NCBI GenBank assembly: GCA_964472615.1
Contig: CAYYLN010000002.1
Coordinates: 1 to 24,396, forward strand
Source of the DNA: an uncultured Methanosarcinales archaeon
Lineage (GTDB): Archaea > Nanobdellota > Nanobdellia > Woesearchaeales > ARS49
Length of the DNA: 24,396 bases
Direction of reading: 5' to 3'
Shown here: in pieces, positions 1 through 6,657 of the stretch
Layout: each line of letters begins with the position of its first letter
Position numbering within the stretch: position 1 is the stretch's first letter
Position numbers and translations under genes: made by a program
Notes under the pieces: model-generated
The model's database searches: none
Told to the model about the DNA's origin: nothing
Seen by the model: the letters and a program-made list of their open reading frames with translations, nothing else

Positions 1-151
1 GGCAATCCATGCATTGCAGGGCCAGCAGCTAACGAAGGATACTGGCCGAGTTCAAATTCTGCCGGCTCTCCTTTTTTCCAAAACTTGAGTTTGTCTAAAA
101 ATCCCATTGTTCGGTTTGCCGAACCTGTTCGGCAGTATCACGTACGCCCAT

Positions 152-859
152 TCATGCACTTGTTGGCAGGACGATGCTGCCAAATCCTTCCGGTAAGACC
201 TTCAGGATTTTAAACGTAACGGTCTCAGGGTAAATCCTGACGGTTCCTTGTCTCAGACCCTCAAACATCCTGTCAGGATGCATCAATGCTTTTTGCGCAA
301 GCACAGCAAAGATCGTGCTCGCGAATACGTCATCCGTCGGATACAACCGGTCAGCTTCCTTCGTGATCTGGCCAAGCATGTCTGCGCCAAACTGGCCGAG
401 CGCCTTGTCAATAAATACTTGCTTCGGGTTGTCTGAGCGCAATGCAGCACGCAGTTCTCTTGCTGACGCCTCGAAATCCTGAAGAGCGATAGTATCTGCC
501 ACGACTGGCCACGTGAGCACGATCACCTTGTAATGACTGCCTTGCAGTGCCGCAAGATCAGGATATCCCTGACGCAATGGCCTTAGGTCAGCCACCGGCC
601 TCGGAATGCCATCATCATCGAGCGTGAATGCTCCTGCAAGCACGCCATCGATGTCTAGCACGAACAATTTGTCATCCTGATAAAAATGCTGCCGCAGGTC
701 GTTGATATCAGAATAAATCCAGAACCCGCCGCCAAGCAACAGGCCGACCAGCAGCACGGGCACGATCAACCGAAACATGCCAGACGCCCAACGAAGAATC
801 AGCCCGCTCAAGACGATGGCTACTGCGATGAGGACGATGATCCACGTGAGCAACGACAT
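152..859 (-). CDS. Hypothetical membrane-anchored protein (~235 aa; two N-terminal hydrophobic helices, soluble C-terminal domain)
   Basis: ORF 152..868; ATG at 859 preceded by GGGGGGC is the likelier start than TTG 868. N-terminus MSLLTWIIVLIAVAIVLSGLIL and LIVPVLLVGLLLGGGFWIY are TM-like. No family recognised. Confidence 0.75.
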   Translation of the reverse strand: MSLLTWIIVLIAVAIVLSGLILRWASGMFRLIVPVLLVGLLLGGGFWIYSDINDLRQHFYQDDKLFVLDIDGVLAGAFTLDDDGIPRPVADLRPLRQGYPDLAALQGSHYKVIVLTWPVVADTIALQDFEASARELRAALRSDNPKQVFIDKALGQFGADMLGQITKEADRLYPTDDVFASTIFAVLAQKALMHPDRMFEGLRQGTVRIYPETVTFKILKVLPEGFGSIVLPTSA

Positions 860-886
860 GCCCCCCAACGCTTCGTGTCACTGTAT

Positions 887-1664
887 TTAAACTTTTACTT
901 GCTTCCACGCGCAGAACGCACACGTTTCAAGTGCCTTCGGTGGGTCCTTCCTATCCAGCACGAGCTTTGCTTCTTTCAGCAAGGTCATGGCACGCGCAGG
1001 ATTTGTCTTGAGCTCGATAACGGTCGTGTCAAACGGAATGCCTTTATGCAGTTCTCCTGGCTGCGGATAATAATAGACCAGGAACGCGCGCTTGTCTGTC
1101 GGGAAGTTATTCTTCTCAAGCAAGAACTTGTAAATATCCATCTGCACTTTATAGCTCTCATGTGTTTCTTTTGGCGCGCTTGCTCGCGTCTTATGGTCGA
1201 GCGGTGCGAACACGCCTTTCTTCAACTCAAGACAATCATCAAGCAATCCCCTGAGCAGCAATCCAGTCCCCGCATCTTCATATGTCGGAAACCCCTTGCG
1301 CGGAAACCACTGGCTTCAGCCTGTTGGAGGAAGCGCGGGGTTTCCGAACATGCTCAAGAACCACTTGCCATTTGGCAGCACATTGCTTATTATTCACGCC
1401 ACTTGCTTTAGCAAGTGGTTCTTGACACTTGAGCGTCTTTGGCCGAGGAAACGCCAGCTTTCCTGGCACCTTTCCCTTCCACAACGATGGCATCTCCCCT
1501 TTCTCGCGAAACGCATCACAATATTTCTTCAGCACCGAATCAAGCTCAATCGCAATACTCGCCATCGGCCCCGCAGGCCTGCCGATACCTTTCACCATCT
1601 TCATCCAGAAACAGCGAGGGCGTGCACGGGGGAGATGGGGGGTGGAGGGGGTTACGTGGGTCGT
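887..1664 (-). pseudogene. PD-(D/E)XK (RecB/Cas4-like) nuclease, ~210 aa, interrupted by a 145-bp insertion
   Basis: N-half (PRCFWMKMVKGIGRP...PRPKTLK, 1664-1428) and C-half (YEDAGTGLLLRGLLDDCLE...LDHKT...QMDIY...CAFC, 1282-887) join in frame when 1282..1426 is removed. D...DxK, QxxxY and terminal CxxC match this family. The start codon is unclear (ACG at 1664 where ATG is expected). Confidence 0.8.
1282..1426 (+). mobile_element. 145-bp non-autonomous IS200/IS605-type hairpin element (MITE/PATE-like), copy 1
   Basis: 143/145 identical to 8934..9078. Preceded by TTCAT (1277-1281), ends TTGAC, no target duplication. Subterminal hairpins GGC-TTCA-GCC and CCACTTGC-TTTA-GCAAGTGG. The boundary is ambiguous by 1 nt (1283..1427 gives the same empty site). 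Confidence 0.8.
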
Positions 1665-2283
1665 TTTTTCCGTCTGCGGCGATGGGTGCGTGCAGCTCCG
1701 TATAAATGCTCTGATTGTGCGGTATTTGCCGGTGAAATATCTTTTGTAATTCGTGATACCCCATCTTTTCGTCACACATTCCGCGTCGTGCACACAACCG
1801 TCTCGTATACGCATCGACGACAAAAATCGGTTTGCGTCCTGCATATAAGAGCATTGAATCTGCTGTCTCGGGGCCGATGCCTTTCAGCGACAACAATTCC
1901 TCACGCAGCGGTTCAAGTTTTTTCTTGAACATCGTCGAGAAATTGTTGTGCTGTTTCAAAACGTGTTGTGCGAAAAGCTGCAGGCGTTCAGCTTTCTGAC
2001 GAAAATATCCTGATGAACGGATGAGTTGTTCGAGATTTTCTCGACGGAGATTCTCGAGTCTTCGTAATGACATCGTGTCAGCCGCAAACAACGTGTCAAG
2101 CGCTTTCTCGACGTTCTTCCATGACGTATTCTGCGTCAGGATTGCTCCCACACAAATCTCTAATTGATCCGCCTCAGTGAGTTTTCTCGTCTTGTTCGAC
2201 GGATGATACCCCTGGCTTCTCGTCGGCCACCAGCCTTGCGGGCCGTGCTTTGCGAGCAATTCATCGTAGAGCTTCTTGAGCAT
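1546..2283 (-). CDS. Endonuclease III-related HhH-GPD DNA glycosylase (no Fe-S cluster); true 3' end probably near 1660
   Basis: HGPQGWWP, ICVGAILTQNTSWKNVEKA, SSGYFRQKAERL, HhH LLSLKGIGPETADSMLLYA, VVDAY. ATG at 2283 lies ~26 nt from a TATA box. The C-terminal tail after ELHA looks corrupted and runs into the next gene. Confidence 0.88.
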   Translation of the reverse strand: MLKKLYDELLAKHGPQGWWPTRSQGYHPSNKTRKLTEADQLEICVGAILTQNTSWKNVEKALDTLFAADTMSLRRLENLRRENLEQLIRSSGYFRQKAERLQLFAQHVLKQHNNFSTMFKKKLEPLREELLSLKGIGPETADSMLLYAGRKPIFVVDAYTRRLCARRGMCDEKMGYHELQKIFHRQIPHNQSIYTELHAPIAADGKNDPRNPLHPPSPPCTPSLFLDEDGERYRQACGADGEYCD

Positions 2284-2305
2284 GATAGAGAAATATGTCC
2301 GAAGA

Positions 2306-2313
2306 CTTATAAG
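2306..2313. promoter_or_regulatory. Palindromic TATA box CTTATAAG shared by divergent genes
   Basis: Centre (2309.5) is 26.5 nt from both the minus-strand ATG at 2283 and the in-frame plus-strand GTG at 2336. Confidence 0.6.
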
Positions 2314-2335
2314 GATTTGCGTGTTCGGCAGCGTC

Positions 2336-5300
2336 GTGGGGGACGCAATCATCAGCGAAGTTCTGATCAAGAATAACCGGGCACTCATCACGCTCAAGGA
2401 CATCGGCAGCGTGTATTTCAAACATAGCCATCAGTTCCCATCAAAGATCCTCAAGCCGCCGATCAAGAAAGAAATCCTTGACGAATTCTTGAGCTACAAA
2501 CTCGAGCACTTCAACCGCATCCCGCAATTCAACATCATCCAGCTCACTGAGCAGGTTGATTTCCCTGAGCGATTAAAAGAAGATCCCGCCTTGTACAAGA
2601 CATTCAAGAAACGTTTTGTGACCGGGCATTACACGCCGCAATTGCGCTGGCGTTCTGGCGTCCCCTGGCGGCATGCAGACATCAAACAACCGCTCCTTGA
2701 ACTCCTGCGAGAAAAAAAGCAGCGCGAACACATCCTGCAGGAAACGGTCACATATGCGATACAAACCCTGCAGCAGTCTTCGCAGGCAAAGAAACGCAGG
2801 ATCACGCGGCACGAGGAATACATCGCAGAACACTGGAACACGCTCACCATGCTGGATGATCAAGGGCTTATGGAAAAGCAGCAGGCAGTGGAGCACGAAC
2901 GTTTCGCGCTCGAACAACGCGTCAAAGCCCTGCTTGGAGAAGGAACCGTCGAGGTCAATCCTGTCGACAAAAGCTTTGACATCGTGCTCGACAACATCCG
3001 CACCTACATCCACCCCAAACAATCCCTGACCGCAGACGAGATCTTCACCGGCAGACTGTACATCATGGACATCGAGAAGCCGTTGTTCGACACGCCTGAA
3101 GACGAGGTTTCGTGGATTGCGGCAATCCTCGTCGACAAAGGAAAAGTTCTGAAAAAGACCATCAAGACCCTGCGCGACCCAGGCATCGGCATGCTCCGCG
3201 ACTGGACCATCGAGCGCTACGCGACTGAACGCGACCTGGTGAAATCAGTCGAGCATGACATTATCTCCCCTGACCATGGAAGGACCGTCGATGCGGTCAT
3301 CGCGTACAACGCGCCGTATGACCTTGAGAACACTGAGGCAGCGGTCGACAGCGACTGGAAAGTTGGAGAACGGGCAGAAGACCCGAAAGTCGAAGTCGGC
3401 ATTGATTTCTTCAGGAAAATCAGGATTCCCGGCAGATTGGTCCTTGATCCCTTGCGTTGGGCGAGAATACGCTACAAGGACTTGCCCAACAGGAAACTCG
3501 AGCTCATCCTCGCAGAAGCCCATGGCATCGAACACGCCAAGGCATTGAATTACGACCAGCTCGCAGAACTCGAACGCGTCGCCAAGACCTGCGATGTCAA
3601 GCATCTCCATCCCGATGCCGCACAGATCCTCGCATCATGGTCTGGGCATCCCCTTGACGACCTCAGCCGCATCCCGCGCCTTGACCAATTGTGCGCACGG
3701 CTCGAGGCCCAGTATGTGAGCACTGACGTCGATGAACTCTTCCGCATGGTCTTCAGCCAGTGGGCACGGGACCACGTCGAGGATGCAGTCTGGCTGAGCG
3801 ACGCATACGGCGTCGAACTCTCACGGCTCCTGCACTCGGTTAACACGATCAATGACACGCAGGAACGCAACTACTGGACTTTTGTCGGCACGTATCGCGA
3901 CATCATCTACCAGAAGACCACGACGATGAAGCGACTGCAGCAAAAAGCACGTACGCATCTTGCAGAACGCATTAAAGCAAAACTGTTGCCCGAAGGCACG
4001 CGGTACGCAGGCCACCACGGTGATGTCGCAAAAGTCTACCTGCCCATCGGCCTCTGGCTTGCAAATCTCATCACCGGACATAACCCAGAGACCCAACAGA
4101 CGCGCTTCCCTGAAGTGCTCAAACTCAAGGACTATGCCCTCCAGCACCGCGCTGACAAGCGCAGGTTCTTCACGCTCTGCCAATACCTTGACGCGTTCGC
4201 AAGCTACATCCTTGTCGACTTTGGCCTGTACAATCTCGCAGTTACCGACTACCATGACATGCTCGAACGCCACCAGGTCGATCGCAAGGCATTCGAGCGC
4301 TACTCGCACGGCAGGCCCACGCATCCCGAGCTCGTGCAGAAGCTCGCTGAGCACAAGATCCCTGAGCAGGAATTCTGCGAATTCCGGATGCAGTACCGCA
4401 GCCTGCTCCAAGAAGAATCAGAATGGGCAATCAAGCATTTTGACCGCGGCACGTTCACCACCAAAGGCATCGCGAAGCATCCTGATATCGCCGCAGAATT
4501 CTGCGTCCAGCACCAGCTCCCCATCACCACGCTCGAAGAGCTGCTCAGGATTGCGGGCAAGGAATTCAAAGGCGAGCAGGACATCGATCCCTCATTGATG
4601 AAGCTCTCCGAGAACCACTGGCAGCAGCTCGTCGACGTGTACGAGAAAGTCCGCAAGCGCAAGCGCAAGATCTTCGGCCAGTACAATGTCGACGCTGACG
4701 AGATCAAGATGACGCTCAACCAGTGTCTTGCTGACTTCCAGGCATTCTGCAATAGGAATGGCTATTGGATCCTGCACGCGCAAGGGGGATTTGTTTATCT
4801 TGTCCACGGCGACCGCGGCGTGCTCAAGGCGCCTGACACCCCCGTGATCCTCGTGGATGAGATCGACCGAGCATATCTCTGTCCGAACTCCGCAGACACC
4901 AAGAACCATCCTGCATGGCAGCCGAGAGAGCACAAGATCTACTACCGCAAGCACAACTACTACGAAGGCCTCAAGGTCACCAACAGGCCCACGCACAATC
5001 TCGCCCTATTCGAGATGGAATGGTATCAGAAGATCATTGACCGCATTCTCGATCGCGATTATGAGGCAGCACTCTTCCACGCCAACGAATGCCTGGACAT
5101 CCTCAGGGGAATCCTTGATGAGAAACAGGCGGACATCGCGTACTGGGAACGACAAGCATTGCCGCCGCAGGCAGCCATCGACACCACTACCTATGATGCC
5201 CATCTCACGATCCCCAAACGCGACTTCCTCTGGCTCTCGAAGCGCAGGAACATGTATCGCGCGTACGAGCACGGCGAGCTCGTGCATTTCCTGACTGAGG

Positions 5301-5572
5301 AAGCCCATGCCCATGGCGCAAAACTCCAGACTGACGAGCGCACTGGCAGGAAATACTTTGAGGAGCCACTGCGCAAGGACAGCGAAAACGTGCGGCGCGT
5401 CCATATCATGCCTGTTGAGCAATTCCAGCCTGACGTCAGCATGTACTACGATCGCATCAAGGAACGCGTCAAGGACCTCATCGAGCCCTTGTGCGGCGAG
5501 AAAAGCAAGGCATTTGTGCAGCGATCGCAGGATGACGTCACTGCATTCTTGAGAACAGACCCGTTCGTGTGA
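2336..5572 (+). CDS. Highly diverged family B DNA polymerase-like protein (~1078 aa): DEDDy 3'-5' exonuclease motifs intact, polymerase catalytic motifs not recognisable
   Basis: ExoI MDIEK (3065-3079), ExoII YNAPYD (3305-3322), GRLVLDPLRWAR...LPNRKLE, ExoIII YVSTD (3713-3727). GYWILHAQGGFVYL (~4760-4800) sits where YxDTDS is expected. C-terminal PDVSMYYDRIKERVKDLIEPL resembles the PolB thumb end. Start GTG 2336 inferred from TATA spacing; alternative ATG 2282. Confidence 0.6.
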   Translation: MGDAIISEVLIKNNRALITLKDIGSVYFKHSHQFPSKILKPPIKKEILDEFLSYKLEHFNRIPQFNIIQLTEQVDFPERLKEDPALYKTFKKRFVTGHYTPQLRWRSGVPWRHADIKQPLLELLREKKQREHILQETVTYAIQTLQQSSQAKKRRITRHEEYIAEHWNTLTMLDDQGLMEKQQAVEHERFALEQRVKALLGEGTVEVNPVDKSFDIVLDNIRTYIHPKQSLTADEIFTGRLYIMDIEKPLFDTPEDEVSWIAAILVDKGKVLKKTIKTLRDPGIGMLRDWTIERYATERDLVKSVEHDIISPDHGRTVDAVIAYNAPYDLENTEAAVDSDWKVGERAEDPKVEVGIDFFRKIRIPGRLVLDPLRWARIRYKDLPNRKLELILAEAHGIEHAKALNYDQLAELERVAKTCDVKHLHPDAAQILASWSGHPLDDLSRIPRLDQLCARLEAQYVSTDVDELFRMVFSQWARDHVEDAVWLSDAYGVELSRLLHSVNTINDTQERNYWTFVGTYRDIIYQKTTTMKRLQQKARTHLAERIKAKLLPEGTRYAGHHGDVAKVYLPIGLWLANLITGHNPETQQTRFPEVLKLKDYALQHRADKRRFFTLCQYLDAFASYILVDFGLYNLAVTDYHDMLERHQVDRKAFERYSHGRPTHPELVQKLAEHKIPEQEFCEFRMQYRSLLQEESEWAIKHFDRGTFTTKGIAKHPDIAAEFCVQHQLPITTLEELLRIAGKEFKGEQDIDPSLMKLSENHWQQLVDVYEKVRKRKRKIFGQYNVDADEIKMTLNQCLADFQAFCNRNGYWILHAQGGFVYLVHGDRGVLKAPDTPVILVDEIDRAYLCPNSADTKNHPAWQPREHKIYYRKHNYYEGLKVTNRPTHNLALFEMEWYQKIIDRILDRDYEAALFHANECLDILRGILDEKQADIAYWERQALPPQAAIDTTTYDAHLTIPKRDFLWLSKRRNMYRAYEHGELVHFLTEEAHAHGAKLQTDERTGRKYFEEPLRKDSENVRRVHIMPVEQFQPDVSMYYDRIKERVKDLIEPLCGEKSKAFVQRSQDDVTAFLRTDPFV

Positions 5573-5577
5573 TTGGT

Positions 5578-6132
5578 TTATCGAGAATAATATGTGCTGA
5601 TCCCTGCCAGGATTTCTCCGTCAGTCAGTTTCAAGTCGTGGCCGATGGCGATGAGATCGCGACAATTCATGCACGTGCCGTGCGGCTCAGCACCCTGATG
5701 CATGCGTCGATAGCTCTCGATGACCGATGCTTCAGCGATAGGCTGGCGAGGTGCGGTGAGGATGCGTGTGATGATGCCTGTGCTCATGTTCTGCTGGCGG
5801 AGTGCGAACATGCGAATCGCGAGTGTGCTGTTTTCCCGATCTGTTGGGATCCCATAGTGGCGCAAGGCCTGCGCAACACTTGAGACATAATCGTCAGGCA
5901 TGTCGTCTTTGTCGAATGCAATCGTATCGGTAAAAATACGCTTGGCCGCACGTTGGTCAAAATGCTTGGACTGGTACAGCGCATGCAGCTGGTAATTGGT
6001 GCTGCCGTCTGCAAAGCTCCCTGTTTTCTTGCACTCGACGGTGATCGTTGCCTCATCGAGCGTGCCCTTCCAGCAGTCGAGCGCGATCTCTTTCAGAAAA
6101 CCGTCCAATGATTGATGTTTGGTGTTGAGCAT
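5578..6132 (-). CDS. Hypothetical protein (184 aa)
   Basis: ATG start, TTATATATAA (6151-6160) ~24 nt upstream, fills the gap between two genes. HGTCMNC near the C-terminus is a possible metal site. Confidence 0.7.
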   Translation of the reverse strand: MLNTKHQSLDGFLKEIALDCWKGTLDEATITVECKKTGSFADGSTNYQLHALYQSKHFDQRAAKRIFTDTIAFDKDDMPDDYVSSVAQALRHYGIPTDRENSTLAIRMFALRQQNMSTGIITRILTAPRQPIAEASVIESYRRMHQGAEPHGTCMNCRDLIAIGHDLKLTDGEILAGISTYYSR

Positions 6133-6191
6133 GCCTCATGAGTGATTTTCTTATATATAAACCTTTCTCTTTTAGTCACCAATAAGTAGTA

Positions 6192-6575
6192 TCAAACTAG
6201 GATCGCGTTGACGGTGCCATCCTGGCCAGGCCTCGACGTGATCCTTGCCTTTCCTTTTTCGGTCTCGATGATGGCCCCGCGTACCATGATGTTCCGACGG
6301 ACATAATGGCGGTTCGCTGTGCACTCCACGACCGCCTTCACCTTCGCCGGCGAGAATGTCTTGGTCTTCGGGTCAAAGAGGTTCACGTGATCAGCCGTGA
6401 AGACGCGTGCCTTGATGCCGTTGAACTTCGTCGGATTGACGGCAATCCTGGTCTTGGCGTCGATACGCGTGGCTGTCGGGTGATTGCCAACCTCAAAGCG
6501 CCTCTTTCCCCGTCGCTGGATGTGGCGTCCGCCGCTCGGCGTCCGGCCCACGCCCCCTCGATGCACGATAACCAT
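6192..6575 (-). CDS. rps8e: 30S ribosomal protein S8e (127 aa)
   Basis: GRTPSGGR...RGKRRFEVG, ANRHYVRRNIMVRGAIIETEKGKARITSRPGQDGTVNAILV. ATG 6575 with TTTATAAG ~26 nt upstream. Confidence 0.96.
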   Translation of the reverse strand: MVIVHRGGVGRTPSGGRHIQRRGKRRFEVGNHPTATRIDAKTRIAVNPTKFNGIKARVFTADHVNLFDPKTKTFSPAKVKAVVECTANRHYVRRNIMVRGAIIETEKGKARITSRPGQDGTVNAILV

Positions 6576-6657
6576 GGCTCGAGGAGAACGCAGCCCGCTT
6601 ATAAAGCTTTCTTGTACCACGGAAAGAAATAAAAAGGGCGCTGCTCCCCAAATACAC

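Noticed and set aside
1-77. tRNA-like 3' end (GAGTTCAAATTCTGCCGGCTCTCC followed by TTTTTT)
   Set aside because: The T-stem does not pair in canonical register (CCGAG vs TCTGC), no anticodon arm can be assigned and the 5' part is outside the window. It may be the end of some structured RNA (GGCCAG..CTGGCC stem), but I cannot support a call.
1620-1700. Diversity-generating retroelement variable region
   Set aside because: The changes are T-to-C on the coding strand rather than at adenines, and there is no template repeat or reverse transcriptase in the window.
1278-1928. ORFs 1278..1844, 1296..1928, 686..1411, 8930..9118 and 8948..9271 sharing peptides such as QEPLAKASG / MRGNHWLQP
   Set aside because: The shared peptides are translations of the 145-bp element. 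They are too short and lack the HUH/Tyr motifs of a TnpA.
2276-2335. Head-to-head overlapping start codons (CATG 2281-2284) for the glycosylase and the large ORF
   Set aside because: A symmetric TATA box and the in-frame GTG at 2336 give a simpler explanation.
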